A DNA stretch of 58,269 bases from Octopus bimaculoides (GCF_001194135.2 NC_068992.1:61343496-61401764); one strand, 5' to 3'. Positions 1-13,396 are shown, counted from the first letter of the stretch. The notes: generated from the letters alone by a model not told the origin. A program made the numbers and translations.

Positions 1-86
1 AGACATTTTACCCAAGAAATAGAATTATAGAAAGAATTTGGTCAGATGGTAGTGTAACATGAACCTTAATAAATAAAAAAATAAAA

Positions 87-184
87 GCTTTGGCAGTACA
101 TTTACTAAAATTGGAACAATACAGAAAAGATTAGCGTGGTCCTGCACAAAGATGATATGAATATCTGTCAAGTGCTTTATATTT
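87..184 (+). pseudogene. U6 snRNA pseudogene
   Basis: GCTTTGGCAGTACATTTACTAAAATTGGAACAATACAGAAAAGATTAGCGTGGTCCTGCACAAAGATGA... aligns along its length to canonical U6, with many substitutions including ACAGAGA box changed to ACAGAAA. Confidence 0.9.
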
Positions 185-195
185 GTTTTCTATTG

Positions 196-365
196 AGGCA
201 CACATGGCTGTGGGATTAAGAAGCTAGCTTTCAAACTATGTGGTTTCAGGTTCAGTCCTGCTGTGCTGCAACTTGGCCAAATTTCTTCTAAAATGACTAT
301 AGGCTGTCCAATGCTTTATGAGTGGATTTGGAAGAGAGAAACTGTGTGGAAGCTCTTCCTATACA
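196..365 (+). mobile_element. tRNA-derived SINE, family 1 (GGCTGTGTGGTAAGAAGCTTGC...GGTTCAGTCC head)
   Basis: A/B-box-like head plus a body shared with copies at about 4520-4665, 8225-8345 and 23990-24145. Confidence 0.75.
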
Positions 366-664
366 TGTGTATATGTGTAAGTATATATATATGTATGTGT
401 GTGAGTGTGTTGTAGGTATCTGTGCTTTTGTATTTGTGTTTGTTCCCTCACCCACCATGAAACAACTGCTGTTGGTTTGCTTACATCCCCATAACTGAGC
501 AGTTCAGCAAAATAGACCGACAGAATAAGTGCCAAACTTAAAAAATTAAGTACTCAGTTAAGTGTGTTCCACCAAACCATTCACGGCAGTACGCTTGTAT
601 GGCTCTAGTGAAATGAGTGAAACAGGTGAAAGACAAAAGATTATAAAATGCAAGGAATACTTAC

Positions 665-887
665 TGGCACTGGCGCCGGCACCTTCAGGTATGGCACTGG
701 GTTCTGGATAAGAAGTGTTGGGTAAAAGAGACCCATACTGGGTTGCATATCCACCAGCATTATACTGGCTTGGAGCAGGCAGTCCAGCTGAAGGGGCAGG
801 AGGCATGTAAGTTGCTAATGGAATGGTTCCAATAATAATTTCCATTGGTAGTTTTAAAGACACAGCCATCGACGCTGACACAGAAAA
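665..887 (-). CDS. ARRDC: ARRDC-like coding exon 6 (FSVSASMAVSLKLPMEIIIGTIPLATYMPP...GAGASA)
   Basis: Acceptor AG at 889-888, donor GTAAGT from 664; phase 0 in, phase 1 out. End of the arrestin-C domain followed by a Pro-rich tail. Confidence 0.85.
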
Positions 888-972
888 CTTTGGTTTTAAA
901 AATAAATAAAAACAAGAATTAAGAAAAGATAAACACTGAAGAGAGACAAAATTCTCAAAATATTTGTTGCTG

Positions 973-1007
<35 letters not shown>

Positions 1008-4000
1008 GAGTGAGAGAGCACTGAATGCCATCAAAATGACACTGGGGTAAAATATACGAAGCCCATTATACCCATCATGACTACCCGTCTGATAAGGATA
1101 CACCAGGCACATGCATCACAACCATATGTGCACGACATGGTGATCTCATATCAAGATAACCAGCGCATGACCACACAGGTAGGGCCCAGTTAGAATTTTC
1201 TTCGGGTCGAGTAGCCCATCCCGCTCAAAAGGTCCTGAATAAGGTTTGTTTAAGGATGTTGAGCAAAACACCAATGTTTCCAAAGGTGAATTATTCAAAC
1301 TCCAAAGAATTCCTCTCAACACATGGCTATGATGCTCCCCCACTACTTCTGCTCATGATCAGAGATGCACATATCGTCAACCACTAGGGGTCATGCTCAA
1401 CTGGTTAAGGTCAAGCAACTGACAAGCAAATCTGTGGTATTAAGCATAATATTTGCTATAGCCCATCTTTTATACCAAGGCAAAACAATGTACATGATAA
1501 CACTTCCAGTCAATTAAGATCAAAAGCCATGAGAGCCACTGCCTGGTACTGCATTATTATTATTATTATTATTATTATTATGGCACTGAGCTGGTAGAAT
1601 CATTGGCTTGCTGGGCAGATGCTTAGTGGCATTTTACATTCTGAGTTCAAATACTGCTGGGGTTGACTTTTCCTTTCATTCTCTTGAGGTTGATAAAATA
1701 AGTACCATTTGAATACTGGAGTCAATGTAATTGACTTGCCCCAACCCCTGAAATCGCTGGCCTTGTGCCAAAATTTGAAATCATTATTATGCAGGCAAAG
1801 CAATGAAACTATTCTGCATGCACTTGTCCAGTGCCTGAACATCGCTGACTTGTGAGTTTATGTTGAACACCTGCTGTCGAGTGTTGGCTGGATTCAGCTA
1901 TTGGACGAGTCTATCGTGAAGATCATCACAAATGGCTTGAGTGAATGTACCTACTCTAAGCATGCGCTTCTAGATGAATAGATGAATAGGAGAGGGCTCT
2001 TACCCTAGAGGTCAGAGCAATCATTGTTTTTGAGAGGTGTCCATGAGCAGCCCTTGGAAATCTCCCTCTTTTGGGGATTTTAATTGTTATAATTTTCATT
2101 GTTAATTTGTTTTTACATACTCCAGTCCCACTCTCTTTCTATTATATTGTCCTGTACTATCCCCAATCTTTTAGATGAACCTTCAGCTGTTAATAAAGAA
2201 AAAAATATTTTTCTTCTTCTTCTTATTAAGATACTGAGCTGGCAGACTCGTTAGCAAACTGGATAAAATACTGAACAGCATTTCATTCTTCATTACATTC
2301 TGAGTTCCAATTCAGCTTTCATCCTTTCAAAGTCAATAAAATGAGTACCAGCTGATCACTGGGGTCGATGTAATTGACTAGTCCCCTCCCCACAAAATTT
2401 CTTGCCTTATGCCTACTGTAGAAAAGATTATGGAAAACTTCCCAATCGTTTTTGGAATGAACACACTTTTTGTATGGGACAGAAGCACGAATAGATGAAT
2501 AGGAGAGGGCTCTTACCCTAGAGGTCAGAGCAATCATTGTTTTTGAGAGGTGTCCATGAGCAGCCCTTGGAAATCTCCTTCTTTTCGGGATTTTAATTGT
2601 TATAATTTTCATTGTTAATTCGTTTTTACATACTCCAATCCCACTCTCTGATATAGCTGCAGATATTCCTGGACTACTGCATTGATGACAAACATGAACA
2701 GATGTGAAGTCTTCTTGTGTAACATATCTTTTTGCAACATGTTTACTTGATTGAGCTAGAGTTCTGTATCATATACAAACTAAGGCTGGGCATTTTTTAA
2801 CTGGAATGTTGCTGTACACCCACTGGACTCTACCAACTGGACAATGCAGTCAGTGGAAAGTTAACCCTTACTTTTTAAAGAAGGTTAGTGAAGGGTAAGA
2901 GGGTAAATGGCCATGAAACAATACTAGATGTTGAAAACATTCTGAGCAGTCTCTTCTGGAAGGCTTTCAAATTGGGGACTGTAGAGAATTTACAAAAGTC
3001 CTTGGTCTGACACTGTTAAGAATGTAATGGCATTTTTTTGAAGCTCTAACGATTTTGCTAATCTACCACTTTGAGAAAGCTTCTCCTGCTGATGACCTGA
3101 AGTAATGCTAGGTAATGTCTCTCATGGCTTTTGATCTTAACTAATAGGAAGTGTTAACATGTACATGTTTTGTCTTGGTGTAAAAGATGGGCTACAGAAA
3201 ATATTCTGCTTAATACCACAGGTTTGCTTGTCAGTTGTTTGAGCTTAACCAGCTGAGCATGTCCCTTAGTGATTGATGATATGTGCACCCCACATCATGA
3301 GCAGGAGTAGTGGCGAGCATCATGCTCATGCGTTGAGAGAGATTGTTTGGGGTTTGAATAATTCACCCTTGGAAACATCGGTGTTTTGTCCATCACCCTT
3401 AAACAACCTTTATTTGGGGACCTTTTGAGCAAGATAGGATACTTTACCTGAAGAAAATACCAACTTGGGTCTACCTGAATGGTCATGCACTGGGTAGTCA
3501 TGATGAGTGTATTAGGCTTTGTAAATTTGTACCCCAGCATCACTTTGATGGCAAGTGCAAAATAATAATTTTTTATACTGTAGGTACAAGGCCTGAAATT
3601 TTAGGGGAGAGGATTAATTGATAACATCACCCCCAGTATGACAATGACGGTGATGATGGCAGTGGTAGAGGTGATGATGATGGTGGTGACAATGACAATG
3701 ACAGACTTGATGGCCATAAATATAACCAATAAATTAATTGAAATACTTACCGTCAATATATATCTAATGTCAATAATGTTACAGTATATCAGATGGGATG
3801 GTGGCAATGGTGGGATAAGAAGAGCAACTTGGTTCCAATAGTCACTTTCCCCAGGCTGAATACCTCCTTGCATTACAGATGCGACATGTTGATGCACAGT
3901 TTTTGTTTTAGTCGTTGCATGGAAAGAAATAACCTGCAGAGGGTTAGAAAAATACAACATATTTTATAATTAATACTAGCAAGACCTGTGAATATTTCAC

Positions 4001-5522
4001 AGAATTAATGGTAAACTTATTGGGTTATTTCTGAAAACTTTATCCAAAAAATCTGAAAGCATAGCCTGTGTTGTGTCTGTATCAAAAGATAGTCACTCAT
4101 CTGCTAATCACTGAAAAGTGAAGTAAACTGGAATTCAATGATTTAATGATTACTTAATGCACTTTATATACTTCATGCACAATTTTATAGACTTAATACA
4201 CAGCACTCTTCCCATTTCTCTCTCACTCTTCACCTAACCCTCTTGCTCTCTCTCCTTTTTCTTTTGCTCTTTGTCTTTCCCTTCAACTAATCATGTGAAA
4301 GCATTACAGATGGGCTAAGTAACGGAGGAAAACAAAAACCTAGTTAAAAAAAATAATAAAAAATACACATTTCACTCACCACCATCACTATCTCTCTCCT
4401 CCCCTCCCCCTTCAACTAACCATGTGGAAGTATTACAGATGGGCTAAATAATGGGAGGACAAGCAGAATTATAAGATAATAATACAATAATTAATATGTT
4501 AATTATTTGGGATATATCAGGTGCAGGTGTGGTTGTGTGGTAAGAAGTTTGCTTCCCAAGCACATGATTTCAGGCTCAGTCCCACTGTCAGGTACCTTGT
4601 GCAAATGGCTTCTACAGCAGTCCTTGTGAGTGGATTTGGTAAATGGAAACTGAAAGAAGGAATTTTAAGGGAGGAAGGGGCATTGGAGGAGGTGATCTTG
4701 TGTCAGATGATGAAATGTTAGGGGGTGATAGAGAGATAGAGAAGCAGAAACAGGTGTCTTACTATAGAGGAGGTACATGGTTACCCAGCCTCAAAAAGAG
4801 AGAGAGAGGTAACAAGAAAGAGGACAGAAACAGGTGTGCTGATGTAAAGGGGATGCTTGGTTACCTAGCCAGAAGGAAGAACGAGAAAAAGATAGAGTGA
4901 TCAAGAATGAGGGCAGAAACAGGTGTGCTGCTGTAGAGGAGATACAGAGTTACCCAGAGGAATTGTGAGGAAGCAAAAAATGCAGTTTAAAAGAGGAGAT
5001 GTATTTTAGGGTAGGGGGTGTGAAAATTTTATTCTTGCATGTGAGTGGGACACAATGCTTCTAGGACACAGTTTCGCTGATGTGGGTAGATCTTCTCTAG
5101 AACCTCATATTGCCAGACATCATGGACCATTGTCATTTCTTCTGTGAGCTTCGACATCATGAAACCAATCCTCACCATTTCATCCCCCGTCTTCCTGGGT
5201 CTCTGTCTTCCACAAGTATCATCCACTTTCAGTGACCAGCACTTCTTTATACAGCTGCCTTCACTTATATGCATCACATGTCCAAACCAAAGCATTCTCC
5301 TCTCCTGCATGCCAAATTTAATTCCTCTTATGCCCAACTTTTCTCTCACCACAGTTGCATTTGTCATTCATGTACACTGAGGTTGCACATCCAGTGGAGC
5401 ATATGACCTTCATTCCTCTCCAATCTATGTATGTTCTCCGCATTCAGAGCCCATGTCTCACTATCAGAGAGTATAGCCACTCGTACACAAGCATCATACA
5501 ATCTATATTTCATTCTGGGAGT

Positions 5523-5563
<41 letters not shown>

Positions 5564-6445
5564 CACACTCACAAGGCTTTCATCAGCCTAAGGCTGTAGC
5601 AGATGACACTTGCCCAAGGCCCCATGCAGTGGGAATGAACCCAGAACCATGTGGTTGGGAAGTGAACTTCTTTAGCACACAAACACCTTCACCTAGGGGT
5701 AATGTATAATATCATGTGATGTCATTTGATGATCACTTTAACCTGACACAAACACCACACATGCACACATACACACATGCACTGACACATACAGATATAA
5801 AATAAGGTGAAGCTGATAAAACTGTTTACTCACCATGTCTAGTGATGCTTTTGAACTGGTTATATCTCGGTTTGACATGTTACATATCTCAGCATTGATT
5901 AAAATTTTCTCGCCACTTACGTAACCCGTCCGATATAAATTCACGTGAGCACTCAACGGTCCAGACTTGCAGCAACAGCAGCAGAAATGCTTGGTTCCTT
6001 GCTGTTGGATCGGTTGCTTAAAAAAATAAACAAAAAAACAAAGAGAAAGGAGAAAAACAAATAAGTAACTAGATTCAACATGTTTCATTTTTAATCTTCT
6101 ATCTTCTGCTTGTTTCAGTCATTCGACTGCGATCATGCTGGAGCATTAGAAAGTGAGAGAAGTGTCCATAATGTGAGGTAGAGGGAATTACATTGTAATG
6201 CTTTCAGGTGATTAGTTGTAGGGAAAGAAAGAACAAGAGAAAGAAAAAGAAGAATGAAAACGAGGATAAGGCAAAGAGTGAGGCAGAGAGAGAGAGAGAA
6301 AGAGGAAGAGAGAAGCATCCATAACTTGTGGTAGGGGAAACGTAATGTTTAATATGTGGTAAAAAAATTAGTTGAAAGTAGATATAGAGGAGAGTGAGGA
6401 ATATAATTTTAGCAGAGGGGTGATGTTCTGATGGTGAGATTAAAG

Positions 6446-6484
<39 letters not shown>

Positions 6485-9400
6485 GGTGGTGGCGATGGTG
6501 AGTACATAGTGAAAATTAATTTGTTTTAATTGAACTAAGTTTTTTTATATCACATATCACTTAATGCATGCACATCCCAAACTTGCCATCCGCTTTAGAA
6601 AGAAACCAGTTTCCCGTTTGCCTGTCATATGCAATGACTATCAATAAATCATGAGGGCTATTCTTGCCTGAGCCTGTATTCGGCCATGTCAGCTATATGT
6701 TGGATTCTCAAGGGCTCGCAAATTATCTGATGTGAGAGTTAAAGTTATCAACACTGACAAACAAGGGAAAAGAAGAGGGAGAACTTACATGAAGAACATA
6801 GTCTGCAAAGAAGTATTGGATTGAAAGGTGTACGCAAATTGAAATGTGTATTGGCTCTGACTCATTGCCTTGGTTTATAAGTCACCTATGATGTGCTTTT
6901 CAGAGTATGCCATATTGCATTAAATTTTTACCCCCATGAAATTGTGATCCCTATATTTTACATATAAAGTAATTTTTTTTACTATAAAATTTTTGTTTTC
7001 TAGATATGAAATTGTGACCATATAAATTTTAAAATGAGAATTTATTTTCCTTTATGGGTAAAATGGAAAAATAAGAGTGAATATTCATTTTATGAGTGCT
7101 GTGTATTAAGTCTATAAAATTATGCACAAAGCGTATATATAAAGTGTATTAAGTAATCATATTCCAATTTCCTTCACTTTTCAATGAATAGCAGACGAAT
7201 GACTATCTTTTGATACAGACACAACACAGGCTATGCTTTCAGGCTTTTTGGATAAAGTTTTCAAGAATAACCGAATAAGTTTACCATTAATTCTGTGAAA
7301 TATTCACAGATTCCACTAGTTATTATTATTATTAAAAAGGCAAGCTGGTAGAATTGGTAGAGCACTGGAAAAAATATTTTGCAGTATTTCGTGATACTTT
7401 ACATTCTATGTTGAAGGATAAACTTTGCTTTTCATCCATCTTGGGTTAATAAAATGAAGAACTAGCCATCAGAAACTTCTTCACCAGAAATTGCTGATAT
7501 TGTGCCTAAATCAGAAAGCATTATTTTAGGCACTGAACAGACATTGGACAAAATACCTTGTAATGTTTGTTCCAGCTCTTCAAATTCCAGTGATGATGAT
7601 GATGAGGAGGAGAAGGAAGAGGAGAAAGGAAAAATGATGGGAGTAAGAGGAAGGGGAGAAGGAAGGAGAGGAGGCAGAGGAAGAGTAGGCAGCAGTGGCA
7701 GTAGTGGAGGAAGAAGCGGAAACAGAGGAAGAGAAAGATGCAAAGAAGAAGCAGAAGAGGAGGAGGAAATGACAATGAAGACAAAAGTGGTGATGGTGTT
7801 GTTAATGATAATGATGATGATGATGATGAACTGTTGCTGCTAATGATGATGATAGTGATGGTAATGATGTCAATGATGATGGTGATGATGATGATGATGA
7901 TGATGAGTACTTACCAATGCATTTGGTGTCTGGTTGAGATCCAGAACTGTGATTACAGTGAACGGAACTTTGCACTTATGATCAAATTTCCAAGGCTTAT
8001 CCATAATAGCTTTTACGTAGTATCTTACATATCCGGTTCCTCCTTCATATGACGATGGAATATTGTACGGAAGCATAAACTCAAAAGGATAGTGATGCTC
8101 TCCGCCATTCAATATCACTTGATTAGCTCCCATAACTGGACCTACAAGAATATGTGTGCATAATGAAGAAAATATTTATATTGGTACATAAATGTATGTG
8201 GATGTTTATGGTTACATGTTTTTAGGTATAGGCATGACAGTGTGGTTAAAAAGCAGCTTTGCAATCAGATGGCTTGGGGTTCAGTCCCACTGAGTAGCAC
8301 CTTGGGTAAGTGTCTTCAGTGGACAACCAAAGCATTGTGAGTGGGTTATACTGTCAAGGAATAATGCTTAACTACACCAAAATTCCAATTCTTCAGATGT
8401 TAAACAGTTATGTTCACTTTCATGGTTATAACCAAAAACACTTTTTACAGAAAAGCTAAAAAGTATTCTTATATGAGTTAATATGAAACCCTTTATGTGG
8501 ATACTAAAGTTGCTAGAAATGGCAACCAAATCTCATTTAAATCATGCCCTACTGTCTTAAGAAAGGAAAAACATACTGGATAATGTAGATGCAGTCCTGG
8601 ATGTACTATTTCTGGGGGAAAAAATGATGAGACAGTCATGGTTGGAATGCTTTTGCTCATTAATTTGTTTATTGAAGGCTGACCTGTGTCTAAATAACAA
8701 CAAAATATATATTTATAATTAAATAATATGGGAGAGGTTTACAAAAGAGAAAGGTTTGTGTGTGTGTGTGCATGGATGCATGTCTGTGTGAGTGTATTCG
8801 AACACATACAATGGGACCTTACCTGAGCCATAGAGGATGACAGTATAATCAAAATAGTTTTCATGGGCTGAGTAATGTCGTGTTGTGGTGCTTCTGTTTT
8901 TACCACTTCCAGTCGAATGCCTTTCTGTCCAATGGACACGAGATTCCCCTTTTAACTCCAGACGGACACCTAAGGAAGAAATCAGTGCAATATTTAATTA
9001 AAAATATAGTCCCACAAAAAGGTAGTGAGCTGGCAGAACCATTTACATACTTCACAGCATTTTCTAATACTATGTTCTGAGTTCAAATTCTGCCAAGGTT
9101 GACTTTGCTTTCATCCTTTTGGGGTTGATAAAATAAGTGTCAGTTGAACACTGGAGTCAATGTAATCAACTTGTTTCCTCTCCCAAAATTGCTGGCCTTG
9201 TGCCAAAATTTGAAACCTATATAATCCCACAATTACTAACCCACAAACATTCTTTTCCCACACTCTTCGAACAGTCACTGCTTCTCTAAATTTGTTACCT
9301 GTATACCACTCAATGCACTCACCTTTGCTTTTCTTTGTCACTCCTTTCGTTTCATTTGATCTACTAAATTAGGGTTAGGGTTCTACTAAATACTTTACCC

Positions 9401-12400
9401 AATCCTTGTACCCCTGTGCTACATGTATGTAATGTCTCAAACTTTCCTTATTTTATCTCCTACGGAAGTTCAAACTAGACATCAACTGAATTGTTCCCAC
9501 TACTATAGAAAGGTCTACCAGAGATGCAGACATTATCCTTACTCTGCAGACAAAAAAGAAAGAGAAAACAAAAAAGAGTGTGAAAATATTTATAAACTGC
9601 AACTGGGACAATGTATTAACATAGAAATTTAATGCACTTTGATAAAAACAAAATCCTTTTGGGGTTAAAACAACTCATTAACATTTCAAATGTTGAATAC
9701 TAAAATCTGCCTATCAACTCTCAATGGAATGTTGTTTTGTAAACCACCTAATTTTGTAAAATAGAAGTACAATTCACCATTTTATAAGTATGTCAGTACA
9801 TACATACATACATTTGAACATTCATTTCTCCATGCTTCATTGAGGTAAATTTTTCTACACACAGATGTTCTTCCTGTCACTAATCATCACATTTCCAAGC
9901 AACACACACACATAAGCATGAATGTGCATATTGATACAAACAGAAGGTAGGTTTGGTGAGATTGGAGAGATGCTTGAGTAAAAACAAATAGAAGTGTGCT
10001 GTGTGCAAGAGGTACGATGGAAGAGTGCTTCAGCCAGACATTCAGAGCCAAAGAATACACACACATATATATATACTTATATAAGATGTATATGCATATA
10101 TAGATAAACATACATGTACACCAACACACATACATTTGTATATACGTTCATATAGAAAACTTAGGATCCCTACATGCAATCCAATTCTCCCACTTTCTCC
10201 TTTCTCCCTCTCTTTCACACTCATTTATTACTGTTATTCATTCATTTATCTAATTTTGCCACAGTTTGGCTGACTGAATACTGTTGGTTATAGCTCTAGT
10301 TAAGAATGCAAATGTCCAATTCTATCTCTTTATTATTATTATTGTTGTTATTCTTTCACACTAGCAGCCAGAGTGTTTGCTGTTTTGTGTTGTTATTCAC
10401 CAAGCGGTTTGTTATGATGGCAAGTTAAATTCAATTGTTCAATTATGTTACTCTAAATCCTGAAAATTCCATCTCTTCATGTTTTGTCTTTGGTCAGCCT
10501 AACTCTGGACTTCCTCTCTCTCTCCCAGTTCCATTAACCACTTGCTTCTCCCAACATGACAACATGAAACCCCCCGCCATATAAATTAGCTCTATTTGGA
10601 TTCCCCTACCTCATATTTTAATATCTTGCTATATACAGTTAAAGTCAAAGAAGATGTTCAGATAAGCAACTTTGTTTCCAACCTAGCACACATCTAAAAA
10701 ACCTCTTTTCACAGTGCAAGTTAGGATTACTTTATCATTTCATTATCTATCTATGCACCCACAGTTTTGTCTTCCATGCCATATGTTAGAAAAACCTTAA
10801 GATCCCTACGTACAATCCAATTCACCCTCTCTCACACACTCATTTATTACTGTTATTCATTCATTTATCTAATTTTGTCACAGTTTGGCTGACCGAATAC
10901 TGTTGGTTATAGCTCTAGTTAAGAATGCAAATGTTCAATTCTATCTCATCATTATTATTATTGTTCTTGTTCTTGTTATTTTTTCACACCAGCAGCCAGA
11001 GTGTTTGCTGTTTTGTGGTGTGTTCACCCCCACCACCTATACCGGAAGTCTTTGCCGCTGACCTCTATTGGATGACTTTCTCCTAAACACCTCCAATGGC
11101 TTAAATGCTCCCCCATCCCTACTTAGTGTTTATCTTCTATGGAATGTAGCTGGTCTCAAAGTTTCCTGACCCAGGATGAGTGTTAGACTCATCACTTTAA
11201 GCCAGAGACAAAGAGACCATCCATCCAATGGACACATCTCTCTTTACCTGCTCAAAAAAAACAAAAAAAAACAAGGTCATTTCATCTGCAGGAAAGATGA
11301 TGGCCTCGGTTATTTGGTATGCAAAAGGCATTGTACTTATTGACTACCTTCAAAAGGGCCACATCACCAATGGAGAACACTATGCCAACTTGCTGAGGTA
11401 GTTACCAAATGCTCAGGAAGACTGGCAAAAGGGGTCTTCTTTCATCATGACAATGCTCCAACACACATGTTCTTGGTTTCAATGGCTGCTATGCATGACT
11501 GTAGCTTCGATGTAGATGATCACCATCCCTATTCTCCTGATTTGATCCCATCTGATTATCATTTGTTCATGAACATGTAAAACACATGGTTGGGGACCAG
11601 TATTGCAGTGATGATGACATCATATCTTATCTTAATGACTGTTTTGGCCAACAGAATGAAAGCTTCTTCACCAGTGGCATCTAAGCACTGCAACACTGTT
11701 GCTAGAAGTGCGTGGACCGCAAGTGGGGACTAGGTTGAAAAATAAACCTCATTTGGTCACATTCCATGAGAGTATTTTTGTCAGCCTATAAATTTTTCAT
11801 TCAAACCTCATATTTATTGTATGGCCAACCTCAAAAGAAACCTCACACCACTGATATATATATATATATATGTGTATATATATATATATATACACATACA
11901 TTTATATATTTACACACATATACATACATATATATATGTATGTATAAAGGTAAGGTTATTTATTTTATTTTTATACTAACTCAATAATACTAATTCAAGT
12001 ATTATAATTACAACTGTGTTCTGCACAATCTACGTGCATTAGACAATACAGAGCAATTTACCTCCTCAAAGATGAATCAGCTTACAAAAAGAAAGCAAAT
12101 GAAAAAATTAAACAGATATTCATTATGATATGATGATTACATACAAACTTTTGATTTGTCATTTGAAGAATGTTGGTTGTTCCAAAATTCAGACGTTGGT
12201 CTGCAGTCTTGCATATAAAATATGCTATGTTGTAGTCAACTGACCATATACAGAATATGCAAAATAAATCATCATTTATACATTGCAATAATAATAATAA
12301 AGAATTAGGGCACAAGCAAAGCTAACCTTTTATTCAATCCTTCATTGTAGATTACATAAAGCTATTGGTCTAACCTTTAAATCTATCCTATGTTCAGTTT

Positions 12401-13396
12401 CTGATTCAAAGTGGGATAACATTTTATCCATTTTGTAACAGGTTTTGTGTTTTATATCTATTATATCCATATTTATTCCAGTATGACTTTTTGTGTTGTA
12501 TCTATAATTAAGTGTGACTGACATTTATTGAATGGTATAGCATTGTTGCTTTTTTTCCTGGTAGTAGAGTAGTAAAATCCATTTTTATAGTATCCTGTGA
12601 TCCCACGGTTGTCTTACCATAAATATCAATGTTCACACTGGACAGAGAGAGAGAGAAAGAGAGAGAGCCTATTTTTCTTTTCATCTAAAAAATAATTTAT
12701 CATGTCACACATTCAACACTTCAAAGATGTCCACCAGGTAAGCTAGAGTTAGCTGAAAGCCTTCAGACTGGAACTTGTCATGGAAATCTGCCTCCTGCTG
12801 CAAATCTAGAGTTATTGCTGCTATTGTAGTTCATAAAGCCATCTAAGTATGTTCCCCTTTGATAGCCATTGTACATTCGTGTGAAAAAGCAATGATTCAT
12901 GTTCAGATTCCTTATCTATACATAACAGTTTGAAAACACAACTGTTTAAGGCCCTGCCTTGAACAAAGTTGACAACCTTGATAGCCATGTTCAGGACATA
13001 TCTCATTTCAGTAGGTAAGGTTCTGGATGCTGAGGATTCATAATGAAGTATGCAGTGTGTACCTACAACGGATAGATTTCTTTTTCTTTCATCCTAGAAA
13101 TGAATCCAGACTGCAGACCAAGCATGGCTGGGGTTCCATCAGTGCACATCTCTACCAGCAAATCCCACAAAAGTTGTTTTTCTGAAAAAAGTTTGATACC
13201 CCACGAAAAATAGCTGCTGCTGCTGTACAACTATCCATAGGGTGACAGAACAACATTTCCTTTTCTACACAGTTGCCTGACACAAAACAAGTATATACCA
13301 GTAGCTGAGAACACTGAGCGATGTCAGTCGTTTGTGTATGTATCAGGTACATGCATAAAAAAGGGGATGTCCCACTAGACATACTGAGTTGTCTTA

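Noticed and set aside
558-1112. 184-aa ORF as a standalone gene
   Set aside because: Only 665-887 is exon 6. The N-terminal part is intron ((AAT)n and a repeat), and the C-terminal SKYSLHF... is read-through past a consensus GTAAGT donor.
7462-8052. Pro/Leu/Glu/Met/His-rich ORFs, including the poly-His tail on the 7870-8133 ORF
   Set aside because: Translations of triplet microsatellite in intron 3; the poly-His lies after the exon 3 donor.
9111-9341. Identical 76-aa ORFs at 9111-9341(-) and 40989-41219(+) as a conserved small protein
   Set aside because: They start at GTG, cross a consensus donor and end inside a SINE. The identity reflects the nucleotide-level duplication or conversion.
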